Source: Mytilus edulis
Taxonomy: Eukaryota
Length of the DNA: 64,000 bases
Direction of reading: 5' to 3'
NCBI RefSeq assembly: GCF_963676685.1
Contig: NC_092350.1
Location: forward strand, 20,522,001 to 20,586,000
Shown here: positions 41,360 to 55,292 of the stretch, one piece after another
Layout: the number at the start of each line of letters is the position of its first letter
How positions within the stretch are numbered: the first letter of the stretch is position 1
Translations under genes and position numbers: made by a program
The notes under the pieces: model-generated
Database searches by the model: none
Told to the model about the DNA's origin: nothing
What the model saw: only the letters and a program-made list of their open reading frames with translations

Positions 41360-41591
41360 AGTGAGGTCGTTGATACAACACAGAATTAAGAAACTGAATG
41401 GGTCTACCAATGCCCATTCTACGTCAATCTTTAAAGACCCAAATGTTGCAAAACACGTATCCTACCTCCATGACAAATATGTAGTTGTCCCCGCAGATAA
41501 AGTCCTAAACAACATCGTTTTTGTGTGTACAACATTACATTAACTGCTTGATAAACGAATTGGGTATTGACAATTTACTTGGAAACTCAAC
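41360..41591 (+). mobile_element. Penelope-like element, 5' portion (interrupted by the TIR element)
   Basis: LHDKYVVVPADK..NNIVFVC; the sequence resumes at 52472 across the CTCAAC duplication (LGNS-TYTLT). Confidence 0.8.
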
Positions 41592-43399
41592 TATGGAATG
41601 CCAAAACTGTCTTGTTATGACCATTTTCATTATATGATGTACATTTACCTTAATATGATGTGCACTTGTCATTATATGATGTGAAAACACCTTTATGTGA
41701 CGTGCAACTATGCTTATATTATGTGCAAGTATCTTTATATGATGTCCAAACATCTTTATATGATGTGCAAATACACTTATATGATGTGCAAAAACACTTA
41801 TATGATGTGCATACATACTTATATGATGTGCAAAAGTACTTGTATGATGTGTAAACATTCTTATATGATGTGCAAATGTACTTATATGATGTGCAAATAT
41901 CCTTATATGATGTGCAAATGTACTTATATGATGTGCAATTGTACTTATATGATGTGCAAATGTACTTATATGATGTGCAAATATACTTATATGATGTGCA
42001 TTTTCCCTTATATTATGTGCAAACATCTTTATATGATGTGGTTGTGTCATTATATTATGTGCTTGAAATCTTATATCATGTGGTTCGGTTAACTTCATTA
42101 TATGTTGTCGAAACGTCATTATATGATGTGCTTTCATCGTCGTTATGGTCAATGAACATGATTACGATTAGAATGATTACTGTCTACGTCATAACTGATT
42201 CCGATCTGCTTCTGCAGAATTAATATAAACCAGGCTCAAATCTGTAGCTATTTAAAAAGAGAAAAACCTTGACATGTTTGTTCCTCGATTTAAGATGAAA
42301 AATATCACACCAAATATTGATGGAAAATTGTCAAATTATGAATTTTAATCGATGGGTCTACAATAATGAACTTATGGGATCTACAATAATGAGCATACAG
42401 TTAAAGTTATTAAGTTTTAGAAATAGATCTTTAATCTTTTAAGCGAAAGTGCATTTTTTCGATAAAGTGAGATAGTGCATTTTAACAAAAATTAACGTTT
42501 CAAACATTTCGGCGGAAGATTAAGATCAATTAATACAGGAACTAGTTGAAGAATTTCCCGGTAGCGGCGAAAATATGATGAAACAAATTTTGGGGCTCTT
42601 ATTTATAGCTTGCTGTTCGGTTTGAGCAAAAGCTCCGTGTTGAAGGCCGTAATTTAACCTATAATTGTTAACTTTTTACACATTATGACTTAGATGTAGA
42701 GTTGTCCCATTGGCACTCATATAATGTCTTCTTATTTCTATTCATTCGTGGCTTTGAGTTTATATTGATGAAAGAACCACCGACTTTCGGTAGGAAAAAC
42801 TAATAATTCTATTCAATTAAGATTGGAGTCGAGCTTACCTGACACGTGTGGGATTCGAACTCATAATCTACATGTAAGTGTTGACAGGCTGGATACTTGG
42901 ACCACTCGGCCACCGAGCCCCCCCCCCCCCCCCCCTCCAAAAAACAAGGAATTAAAGGAGATATGGGATGACCTTCAACTCGGTGCATGACATTTGCGTG
43001 CTTCTCTTTATTATGTTTTCATGCATTTATTGCACATCTTCACTTACATGATTATGAATGTATGCTTTACGTCCAGCGGAAAATTGAAAATAAAAAAGAC
43101 TATGTGGTATGATTGCCAATGAGACAACTCTCCACAAGACACCAAATGACACAGAAATTAACAACTAAAGATCACCGTAGGACCTTCAACAATGTGTAAA
43201 GCCCATACCGCATTATCAGCTATAAAAGGCCCCGAAATGACAAATGTAAAACAATTCAAACGAGAAAACTAACGGCATAATTTATGTACCAAAAAATGAA
43301 CGAAAAACAAATACCGGTATGTAACACATCAACAGACGACAACCACTGAATAACAGGCTCCTAATCGTACGAGAACATATTAATGTGAAATGAATATTA

Positions 43400-43650
43400 A
43401 TCCTGTTTTGTATTAGACCGACACCCTGAGTAAGATTTTTAACATGCTAGTTCACAGAAATCCGTTTCACCTTACCCGGACAGATTATTCTGATTCCGAG
43501 CCGAACAAGTCTTTGATTTTACACCTTAATTTAGCAGGGAAGCAGCAAATACCAATTTTAAATTCTTTGGTTTAAGTTGAACCGGCCGGGATTCGAAACT
43601 ACGACCAGCAACACTAGAGGCTAACATGCTACCATGAAAGCACCGCCACT
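43400..43650 (-). mobile_element. tRNA-derived SINE, degenerate
   Basis: Minus-strand head tggtagcatgttagcc...gtttcgaatcccggccgg resembles A/B boxes. Confidence 0.5.
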
Positions 43651-45089
43651 AGACAGTTACCCGTAATATAAAAGGAAAGCCGTTCAGATATACAACTCCG
43701 TATACAGGGCTAAAATACTGACCATTGATTTTGTTTTTGGTGATTGCGGGGGTGTGGGGGGGGGGAAGGTTGGGAGGGGGGCATATTTTTTGGAAATGTT
43801 TGATTCCAAGTTTCTTAAAAGATATTTTATCTTTTTAGAAGGGAATCAAAATAATTGTTTCCATTGATAATGAGAGAAAAAATAAAAACTATAATGAAAT
43901 TAAAAAAAATAACCATATTATTTAAAAAAAAAAAGGGTATTTTTCATTAAAGTCGAAAAATATCTTTGTCCTGGAACAATGAAGTACACGTGCTCCTGCC
44001 CACACTGCATGTTTACATCACGATGACCGTGAGGGCATTCCGATGTATTGCCGCAACAGAGATTTGACTTTCGATTTTGACTGGTAACCGATCGTATAAA
44101 AACACAGACATAATCGAGTGCAAAATAACATTCCTTGTCGCTTCAAGTAATACTCATAAAAACATTTTTTTAGAACATATTTAATTAATAATATGAAAAT
44201 GTTGTGTCGTTAGAAATATATTATATTATATATATGTAAGTAAAAAATCATTAAGATCTATGCACACGTACAGAAAAATTGTGTTAACGCATGCGGAAGA
44301 ATATCTCAAGGACGTTTTTGCGGGACAAATGAATGCCTACATATATCCAATCTATTAGAAACTCCGAATTATTACAGAAGAGTTTTCACCATGCACTTGC
44401 ACTGCACTATTATTAGAATAGTAGAATAGAATGCTTTACATTTGGATGAAAATTATATATACATGTAACTGTTATATACAAATATTAATTTAATATATAA
44501 CAACAAACCAGAGCATACAGGTATTTATCATATGTTTAGTAGTAAATACAGTAGTTTTGCATATGTGATAAATAGCCTGCTGTTTAATCAATATCGCGCA
44601 ACTTTGATGCGCACCCTTTATCGCATACCCTTTATCACACCCCTACCCTTTATCGCATACCCTTTATCACACCCCTACTTTTTTTTTTTTTTTTTTTTTT
44701 ACATAAAGTCAGTTTTTTTTTTTTTTTGCTTAAGAAAATTTTTCCTCAAAATAGGTAAATTTTTTTAATGACGTCATTGTTTGGTATGTGACGTCACGAA
44801 CGTCGAGTTTTAATATTGTATGTGACGTCACGAACGTCAAGTTTTCATATTTTTTGGCACACTAAATGTAACTATGAAAAATACAAAACACACAAATTAA
44901 TACAATAATAAACTAAATATTTTTAAAACAACAGCACGCAAATTGTAAGGTAACCCAGGTGCTTCGGATAAGTAATTGAGCAGTTCTTTTAAGGTCTTTG
45001 AAACAAGACAAAAGTAGAAATGAAGGTAACCCAGTGCTATGGATCCGAAAACAGTTCATATAATATAATACTCTTCCGTTGAAATATAT

Positions 45090-45241
45090 GATAAAGTGTA
45101 TAATACATGGCAAAATCCGTATCACATGCCGTATCACCCTCGACCAATATCATCCCTCGGGCCTAAAGGCCCTTGGGCTGATATTGATGTCTCGGGATGA
45201 TACGACATATGATACGGATTTTGCCATGTATTATTCTCTAT
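45090..45241. mobile_element. Foldback MITE, ~150 bp
   Basis: ataatacatggcaaaatccgtatca... / ...tgatacggattttgccatgtattat around a central gggcct-aa-aggccc. Confidence 0.75.
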
Positions 45242-45369
45242 GTATCACTACAATATACTTGTGATTACAGTGAGGTTGAAATCCCTTTTATTTATTCATC
45301 ATCCACGCACGAACTTGTCTCAGAAAAAAATATATCTCAGTAAGTTAACCTCACTTTCAGGTATAGAGA

Positions 45370-48300
45370 TGTGATTTTCTTTTAGACAAGTGCGTGTGAC
45401 CATCCACGAGAACTTGCGGTCATCCGATGTTCAGTACTTCAGTCCTTTGATACTTTCTGTTCTAGTAAATATTACATCAGCCAATGAAGTTCAGCCTTCA
45501 CATTTTTGAAGTTGTATATAAATCCGACAAAACCGAGAATCCCAATGGTCTTTAAACAGAAAATTGAATGGAGCGTTTTCAGATCCGCGTAAGCATAGCT
45601 TGGACACACAATATCTGTAATTTAATTAGATTGGTGTCTGAATGAACATAAAACACTGTATTTATTTATTGTTCACTGAGGCCTGGTGGTCTCTGACAGA
45701 GAGAGAGTTGTGTTTTAAATTCTTCTAAGGTTCTTGGTTCGATTCCCGTCTTGGAAGAAAATTTCAGGGACTTAATTTTCGGCTCTCCCTTGACACCATT
45801 TGCGAGTATGGTCTTGAGGAAACGATGATAGTCCGTCGGAAGGGAACGATAAATGGCTGACCCGTGTTAAGAGAGAGCCATATCTCTTGTACGTTAAAGA
45901 CACCCTTGTAGATTTCGAAAAAGAGCAGGCTAATGCCGCTACAAGGCAGCACTCGCACCCGCAAAGTGGAAAGGATTAATATAGGTTGAAAAACTTGTTT
46001 CCCAATCCACTTTAAATAAATATGTTTAAACTAAATTCTTCTAATTGAAGATTTTATACGGCGGTGACTTTTAATATTTTGCGTTTATCTTTAAAACTAC
46101 AATAGATTAAAAAAAAAATAATAGTGCGATGTGTCTGAATATATTCTATGGTAAATTTTTAGGTCCCACTTTGGGCAATTTTGGCTCATATGAGTTTTGT
46201 TGTTTTGTTGCCTATTATCTTGATACATAGAGCAACCTTTTCTTAGCAAAATAGTTTTCTCGTTTAAATTGCTTTACATTGTCATTTCGGGGCCTTTTAA
46301 AGCTGACTATGCGGTATAGGCTTTGCTCATTGTTGAAGGCCGTACGGCTACCTATAGTTGTTAATTTCTGTGTCATTTTGGTCTCTTGTGAAGAATTGTC
46401 TCATTGGCAATCATACCACATCTTCTTTTTTTATATTATAAGAACAGATTTAAAAATAAGTAAATAATAATTATTGTCATTTTCATCATTGGTGGTGGGG
46501 ACGTGGTAGGAAAGATGGGAATTCCATTAATTTTCTTCCAAGTAATTTCCGTGAAATAGAAAAAAAAACAATCAAGACCCCTCCCCCCCCCCCCCTAAAA
46601 AAACCCGCCAGAGAACAATTTCACACACCTTTTTCAATACTTTGTTTGTAATAACAAAAACAAAAAAACGCATTAAATTCCTTTTACGTTATAAGTTTAA
46701 AATAGCACGTCAATAGTGGATCTAGAACTTCAAGTGTGGAAGTTGTTTGCGACTTGGAATTAATTTGGATATGCCGGTTGTGGTCTTATTGATATTTATC
46801 ACACCTTCATTCAATATTACTAGTTTCAGATGAAACCATACTCTGCTAGAAGAAATTATTTGTTGAAAATAAGGATTTAGATTTTAACAGATGAGATTTA
46901 TTACACATAATAAATGTGGTCTAAGATTTTCAAAAGTTGAAATTGTCCAATTACCTATTATATTGTCCAATATCCGAAATCTAAATATATTGCTAGATTC
47001 AGCATATCAAAGAACCCTAAGAATTGCTTGTTTTAAGTCCAGTTTTGGCCCCTAATTTCTATAAAGTTTTTGTTTGGCAACAAAGTATTTACGGACAACG
47101 AACACATCGCAAAAACCTTATACGGCGGCAAATCTATAAATATAAACAATTGAATACCACTATTCTATTTAAAAAAAAAAATCAAAATTAAAGGCTCCTA
47201 TCACCTCTTTATGGGGGTTGCAAATGACCGGTCCATTATATTAGTCATCACCCTATCAATGTCCGGTTTTTGTCCATTTTTGTGTCTTTCTTCAGAAAAG
47301 TGATATATAAAGAGAAACTTCCACAGCTAAAATGATCAGCAAATTAAAGCAAACTTTACAATGAGCATAGAGCATGGCATAAAAGAATCATTTCTTTAAT
47401 TTAATAACTTTAACTGTATGCCCATTATTGTAGACTTCGTATGTTCATTATTGTAGACCCATTGATTAAAACTAAACTTTTCAATTCATAATTTGACAAT
47501 TTTTCAATAATATATGGTGTGATTTTCTTTTAGACAAGTGCGTGTGACCATCCACGAGAACTTGCGGTCATCCGATGTTCAGTACTTCAGTCCTTTGATA
47601 CTTTCTGTTCTAGTAAATATTACATCAGCCAATGAAGTTCAGCCTTCACATTTTTGAAGTTGTATATAAATCCGACAAAACCGAGAATCCCAATGGTCTT
47701 TAAACAGAAAATTGAATGGAGCGTTTTCAGATCCGCGTAAGCATAGCTTGGACACACAATATCTGTAATTTAATTAGATTGGTGTCTGAATGAACATAAA
47801 ACACTGTATTTATTTATTGTTCACTGAGGCCTGGTGGTCTCTGACAGAGAGAGAGTTGTGTTTTAAATTCTTCTAAGGTTCTTGGTTCGATTCCCGTCTT
47901 GGAAGAAAATTTCAGGGACTTAATTTTCGGCTCTCCCTTGACACCATTTGCGAGTATGGTCTTGAGGAAACGATGATAGTCCGTCGGAAGGGAACGATAA
48001 ATGGCTGACCCGTGTTAAGAGAGAGCCATATCTCTTGTACGTTAAAGACACCCTTGTAGATTTCGAAAAAGAGCAGGCTAATGCCGCTACAAGGCAGCAC
48101 TCGCACCCGCAAAGTGGAAAGGATTAATATAGGTTGAAAAACTTGTTTCCCAATCCACTTTAAATAAATATGTTTAAACTAAATTCTTCTAATTGAAGAT
48201 TTTATACGGCGGTGACTTTTAATATTTTGCGTTTATCTTTAAAACTACAATAGATTAAAAAAAAATAATAGTGCGATGTGTCTGAATATATTCTATGGTA

Positions 48301-51300
48301 AATTTTTAGGTCCCACTTTGGGCAATTTTGGCTCATATGAGTTTTGTTGTTTTGTTGCCTATTATCTTGATACATAGAGCAACCTTTTCTTAGCAAAATA
48401 GTTTTCTCGTTTAAATTGCTTTACATTGTCATTTCGGGGCCTTTTAAAGCTGACTATGCGGTATAGGCTTTGCTCATTGTTGAAGGCCGTACGGCTACCT
48501 ATAGTTGTTAATTTCTGTGTCATTTTGGTCTCTTGTGAAGAATTGTCTCATTGGCAATCATACCACATCTTCTTTTTTTATATTATAAGAACAGATTTAA
48601 AAATAAGTAAATAATAATTATTGTCATTTTCATCATTGGTGGTGGGGACGTGGTAGGAAAGATGGGAATTCCATTAATTTTCTTCCAAGTAATTTCCGTG
48701 AAATAGAAAAAAAAACAATCAAGACCCCTCCCCCCCCCCCCCCTAAAAAAACCCGCCAGAGAACAATTTCACACACCTTTTTCAATACTTTGTTTGTAAT
48801 AACAAAAACAAAAAAACGCATTAAATTCCTTTTACGTTATAAGTTTAAAATAGCACGTCAATAGTGGATCTAGAACTTCAAGTGTGGAAGTTGTTTGCGA
48901 CTTGGAATTAATTTGGATATGCCGGTTGTGGTCTTATTGATATTTATCACACCTTCATTCAATATTACTAGTTTCAGATGAAACCATACTCTGCTAGAAG
49001 AAATTATTTGTTGAAAATAAGGATTTAGATTTTAACAGATGAGATTTATTACACATAATAAATGTGGTCTAAGATTTTCAAAAGTTGAAATTGTCCAATT
49101 ACCTATTATATTGTCCAATATCCGAAATCTAAATATATTGCTAGATTCAGCATATCAAAGAACCCTAAGAATTGCTTGTTTTAAGTCCAGTTTTGGCCCC
49201 TAATTTCTATAAAGTTTTTGTTTGGCAACAAAGTATTTACGGACAACGAACACATCGCAAAAACCTTATACGGCGGCAAATCTATAAATATAAACAATTG
49301 AATACCACTATTCTATTTAAAAAAAAAAATCAAAATTAAAGGCTCCTATCACCTCTTTATGGGGGTTGCAAATGACCGGTCCATTATATTAGTCATCACC
49401 CTATCAATGTCCGGTTTTTGTCCATTTTTGTGTCTTTCTTCAGAAAAGTGATATATAAAGAGAAACTTCCACAGCTAAAATGATCAGCAAATTAAAGCAA
49501 ACTTTACAATGAGCATAGAGCATGGCATAAAAGAATCATTTCTTTAATTTAATAACTTTAACTGTATGCCCATTATTGTAGACTTCGTATGTTCATTATT
49601 GTAGACCCATTGATTAAAACTAAACTTTTCAATTCATAATTTGACAATTTTTCAATAATATATGGTGTGATTTTCTTTTAGACAAGTGCGTGTGACCATC
49701 CACGAGAACTTGCGGTCATCCGATGTTCAGTACTTCAGTCCTTTGATACTTTCTGTTCTAGTAAATATTACATCAGCCAATGAAGTTCAGCCTTCACATT
49801 TTTGAAGTTGTATATAAATCCGACAAAACCGAGAATCCCAATGGTCTTTAAACAGAAAATTGAATGGAGCGTTTTCAGATCCGCGTAAGCATAGCTTGGA
49901 CACACAATATCTGTAATTTAATTAGATTGGTGTCTGAATGAACATAAAACACTGTATTTATTTATTGTTCACTGAGGCCTGGTGGTCTCTGACAGAGAGA
50001 GAGTTGTGTTTTAAATTCTTCTAAGGTTCTTGGTTCGATTCCCGTCTTGGAAGAAAATTTCAGGGACTTAATTTTCGGCTCTCCCTTGACACCATTTGCG
50101 AGTATGGTCTTGAGGAAACGATGATAGTCCGTCGGAAGGGAACGATAAATGGCTGACCCGTGTTAAGAGAGAGCCATATCTCTTGTACGTTAAAGACACC
50201 CTTGTAGATTTCGAAAAAGAGCAGGCTAATGCCGCTACAAGGCAGCACTCGCACCCGCAAAGTGGAAAGGATTAATATAGGTTGAAAAACTTGTTTCCCA
50301 ATCCACTTTAAATAAATATGTTTAAACTAAATTCTTCTAATTGAAGATTTTATACGGCGGTGACTTTTAATATTTTGCGTTTATCTTTAAAACTACAATA
50401 GATTAAAAAAAAATAATAGTGCGATGTGTCTGAATATATTCTATGGTAAATTTTTAGGTCCCACTTTGGGCAATTTTGGCTCATATGAGTTTTGTTGTTT
50501 TGTTGCCTATTATCTTGATACATAGAGCAACCTTTTCTTAGCAAAATAGTTTTCTCGTTTAAATTGCTTTACATTGTCATTTCGGGGCCTTTTAAAGCTG
50601 ACTATGCGGTATAGGCTTTGCTCATTGTTGAAGGCCGTACGGCTACCTATAGTTGTTAATTTCTGTGTCATTTTGGTCTCTTGTGAAGAATTGTCTCATT
50701 GGCAATCATACCACATCTTCTTTTTTTATATTATAAGAACAGATTTAAAAATAAGTAAATAATAATTATTGTCATTTTCATCATTGGTGGTGGGGACGTG
50801 GTAGGAAAGATGGGAATTCCATTAATTTTCTTCCAAGTAATTTCCGTGAAATAGAAAAAAAAACAATCAAGACCCCTCCCCCCCCCCCCCCTAAAAAAAC
50901 CCGCCAGAGAACAATTTCACACACCTTTTTCAATACTTTGTTTGTAATAACAAAAACAAAAAAACGCATTAAATTCCTTTTACGTTATAAGTTTAAAATA
51001 GCACGTCAATAGTGGATCTAGAACTTCAAGTGTGGAAGTTGTTTGCGACTTGGAATTAATTTGGATATGCCGGTTATGGTCTTATTGATATTTATCACAC
51101 CTTCATTCAATATTACTAGTTTCAGATGAAACCATACTCTGCTAGAAGAAATTATTTGTTGAAAATAAGGATTTAGATTTTAACAGATGAGATTTATTAC
51201 ACATAATAAATGTGGTCTAAGATTTTCAAAAGTTGAAATTGTCCAATTACCTATTATATTGTCCAATATCCGAAATCTAAATATATTGCTAGATTCAGCA

Positions 51301-51820
51301 TATCAAAGAACCCTAAGAATTGCTTGTTTTAAGTCCAGTTTTGGCCCCTAATTTCTATAAAGTTTTTGTTTGGCAACAAAGTATTTACGGACAACGAACA
51401 CATCGCAAAAACCTTATACGGCGGCAAATCTATAAATATAAACAATTGAATACCACTATTCTATTTAAAAAAAAAATCAAAATTAAAGGCTCCTATCACC
51501 TCTTTATGGGGGTTGCAAATGACCGGTCCATTATATTAGTCATCACCCTATCAATGTCCGGTTTTTGTCCATTTTTGTGTCTTTCTTCAGAAAAGTGATA
51601 TATAAAGAGAAACTTCCACAGCTAAAATGATCAGCAAATTAAAGCAAACTTTACAATGAGCATAGAGCATGGCATAAAAGAATCATTTCTTTAATTTAAT
51701 AACTTTAACTGTATGCCCATTATTGTAGACTTCGTATGTTCATTATTGTAGACCCATTGATTAAAACTAAACTTTTCAATTCATAATTTGACAATTTTTC
51801 AATAATATATGGTGTGATTT
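45370..51820. repeat. Tandem triplication of a 2148-bp unit
   Basis: Identical ORFs at 45764, 47912 and 50060. By eye the copies differ mainly in homopolymer lengths and one substitution near 51075. Confidence 0.95.
45675..46033 (+). mobile_element. tRNA-derived SINE (also at ~47823-48181 and ~49971-50329)
   Basis: A-box-like tggtggtct, B-box GGTTCGATTCCC, a central segment (gtcggaagggaacgataaa...cgttaaagacaccc) resembling Deu/Nin-type cores as I recall them, and an AT-rich tail. Confidence 0.7.
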
Positions 51821-52471
51821 TTTCATCTTAAATCGAGGAACAAACATGTCAAGGTTTTTCTCTTTTTACATCTCAACCATTTTCCAAACGATAGCTACAG
51901 ATTTGATCCGGGTTTATATTAATTCTGCAGAAGTAGATCGGAATCAGTTATGACGTAGACAGTAATCATTCTAATCGTAATCATGTTCATTGACCATAAC
52001 GACGATGAAAGCACATCATATAATGACGTTTCGACATCATATAATGAAGTTAACCGAACCACATGATATAAGATTTCAAGCACATAATATAATGACACAA
52101 CCACATCATATAAAGATGTTTGCACATAATATAAGGGAAAATGCACATCATATTAGGATGTTTGCACATCATTTAAGGATCTTTGCACATCATATAAGTA
52201 TATTTGCAAATCATATAAGTACATTTGCACATCATATAAGTATTTATGCAAATCATATAAAGATGTTTGGACATCATATAAAGATACTTGCACATAATAT
52301 AAGCATATTTGCACGTCATATAAAGGTGTTTGCACATCATATAATGACAAGTGCACATCATGTAAAGGTAAATGCACATCATATAATGACAAGTGCACAT
52401 AAAAAAAGGTAAGTGCACATCATATAATGAAAAGGGTCATAAGAAGACAGTTTTGGCGTTCCATACTCAAC

Positions 52472-53970
52472 ATATACCCTCACGACACTTACCAAAGAGG
52501 AAATCCTGGATACTCATAGGTCTGTTCTATATTCCTTTGGAATTTCAACTAAAGATGAAGAACTGGATCTTCCGTCTCTGTATTGGATACCTAAACTACA
52601 TAAGAGTCCTTACAAACAACGGTATATTGCTGGGTCTTCCAAGTGCTCCACGAAACCTCTTTCTAAATTATTGATATCTATGTTATCAGCAAACAAAGCC
52701 AGGCTTCAACGTTATTGTTTAACTGCCTAATCTAGAGGTGGCGTGATTCAGATGTGGATACTAAATTCAAAGATCTTTAAAAGTGCATACAATCTAACTC
52801 TCTTTCATCTTGCAATAGTATTAAAACATTTGACTTTTCTACACTTTACAAAAGTACTCCACATTCAAAACTAAAAAACAAATTGAAAGAGTTGGAATTG
52901 CTTTGTTTCATAAAAAAGAATGGCCAACGTAGATAAAAGCATCTTGTCTTAGGGAGGGATAAATCTTACTTAGTAAAGGATCACTCTGATTCAAACAAAT
53001 AATTCTCTGAATCTGACATTATCAAGATGCTTGATTTCTTATAGACAATATATTTGTTACGTTTGGAGGACGTGTTTTTCAACAGACAGTCGGCATTCAA
53101 ATGGGAATCAATTGTGCCCCTATTCTTGCCGACTTGTTTCTTTATTATTATGAGGCTGACTACATACAGGAGTTTCTTAGGAAGGAAGATAAAAATTTAG
53201 CAATATCCTTTAACTTTAATTTCCGCTTTACAGATGATGTTCTCTCACTAAATAATTCAAAATTTGGTGACTATGTTGAACGCATCTATCCAATCGAACT
53301 AGTGATAAAAGACTTACATCTAGAAATTATGGGTCGGTTGAAAACAAATCTTAACGACAAAAGAGATGATTTCAGCTTTCTAATTGTGTACTTTCCATTC
53401 TAAGTAGCAACATTCCAGCAGCACCTGCATACCGGGTATATATCTCCCAAATGATACGATTTTCCCGTGCTTGTATTTCCTATCATGATTTTCTTGATAG
53501 AGGGTTGCTGTTCACAAGGAAGCTATCAAACCAAGAGGGTCCAAATGGTGAAGTTGAAATCATCCCTTCGTAAATTTTACGGACGCCATCACGAGTTGGT
53601 TGACCGTTGTAGAATAACTGTTACACAGATGATATCGGATATGTTCCTTACTTCGTAACTACAATCCACTGCACTTTCAACAATGTGACCCACCGAATTA
53701 GACTATTTACCGAATTTGTTGTAACATAAGTAACACGACGGGTGCCACATGTGCCACAGGATCTGCCTACCCTTCTGGAGCACCTGAGATTTCCCCCAGT
53801 TTTTGGAGGGGTTCGCGTTGCCTATTCTTTAGTTTTATATGTTGTGTCATGTGTACTATTGTTTGTCAGTTTGTTTGTTTGTCTTTTTTCATTTTTAGCC
53901 ATGGTGTTGTCAGTTTATTTTCGATTTATGAGTTTGACTGCCCCTCTGTTATATTTCGTCCATCTTTTAA
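52472..53970 (+). mobile_element. Penelope-like retroelement RT and 3' end (degenerate)
   Basis: YWIPKLHK.PYKQRYIAG, TFDFSTLY, GIQMGINCAPILADLFL, FRFTDD, DKRDDFSF, KFYGRH; many stops and frameshifts. Confidence 0.85.
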
Positions 53971-55144
53971 AGACTAGGTAAATATCATTATTTGTCTTTC
54001 TCAATGTTGCGCCGATCGGAATATACCTGAAAACAATAATCTTGAAACTGTAAATACGATCAACTGTTTTGGTCAACGTCAGATTTCAAACTGAAAAACT
54101 GTCAGATTCTTTTTAGCATGTTGTGTTTAAAATAACTACACATTTACGTAGTCCTTATTGCCGGTTAACATGCAAACAGTAGACGAGGACGTTTAAGGAC
54201 AAATTAACGACTCTTGTATTTAAAGGATATATAATAACTATCTTGAAAGGTAATCGATTGCATATCATAACGTTTAAAACATCGTTGTTAAGTGAATTTC
54301 TACGCATAAAATCGAGGCCGACATGATGACTATGGGACATGAATGTCATATTCGCGGAAAATATAGTGCGGGAATTATAAAATACAAAAGAACTGAATAA
54401 TTGTTTATTATGAAGATAATTACTTCAAACTTTGCACAACACTCAATATTTGCTTTTTGTTGAAACTTACTATTGTGGTTCATCTACACCCAGAAAATTC
54501 ATGACAGGCAGTACCTTGCGGTTAATGATTAAAATTGCCTGTCGGTACAAATTTCCCTACGGCAGGTCACAAAATGCTTTGATCGCTAGAAAAGAAGGCA
54601 TCATTCCAAATCTCAATTAACAGAACCTACTACTTTATAATGAAAATTCTTGTTAGTGCTTATGGATTTTTATTTTCATCACGTTTTAAGATTTCTGTAG
54701 ACAATTTTCAGTCAATATGTGTCAGTCAACTTGTCACTAGACATATGGACAGTTTGACTAAATGTTTTTTCTTCTTTTTAACTACAAAGGATCTCTGAAC
54801 TCAAAGAACTTTTTACATATGAGACACACACGCTTATAATAAAAATTAACATACGCACAAAGCGCGTACATACGACTCATTAGTGGTGCTAAAATCAAAA
54901 CAGTTGAAAGGCGCAATTAAACGGCAATCAAATGATACGGTTTATTATATTGATATTGCTACCTGTTGCCCCGATATCCTCCAATGAGACAATCTGGTTA
55001 TCATCTTTCATATATTGGCTATCATCATATGATTCAATGAAGTGGATTGTAAAAAAATATGATGTGATCTATCGAAATACCTTCTGAGCAGTACATGATA
55101 ATTGGAATAAGGACTTACACGGTATTACGAAAGCCCAGAAAGAT

Positions 55145-55292
55145 CATGCGAGATTCGATATACGAAATTCGAGATTCAATAATCTGAAGTTCGAAATTCG
55201 AAATTCGAGATTTAATAATCTGAAGTTCGAAATTCGAAATTCGAGATTCAATAATCTGAAATTCGAAATTCGAAATTCGATATTCGAAATTC
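55145..55292. repeat. Short tandem repeat of GAAATTC/GAGATTC heptamers within ~35-bp units
   Basis: Directly visible periodicity. Confidence 0.8.

Larger units (their letters stand above)
41592..52465. mobile_element. 10.9-kb non-autonomous DNA transposon with ~0.8-kb internally repetitive TIRs (IS3EU-like ends)
   Basis: TATGGAA(T/C)GCCAAAACTGTCTT termini inverted at both ends; 6-bp TSD CTCAAC (41586-41591, 52466-52471); arms ~41592-42415 and ~51697-52465 with 21-bp sub-repeats; no transposase ORF seen. Confidence 0.88.

Noticed and set aside
41535-42223. His/Cys/Met/Tyr-rich periodic ORFs (also 51919-52418)
   Set aside because: Artefacts of 21-bp TIR sub-repeats; open in several frames on both strands.
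45675-45760. Possible tRNA gene
   Set aside because: B-box present but no convincing cloverleaf; it continues into a SINE body.
45764-50969. Triplicated small ORFs suggesting a gene array
   Set aside because: They overlie SINE and interspersed-repeat sequence; identity reflects the recent DNA triplication.
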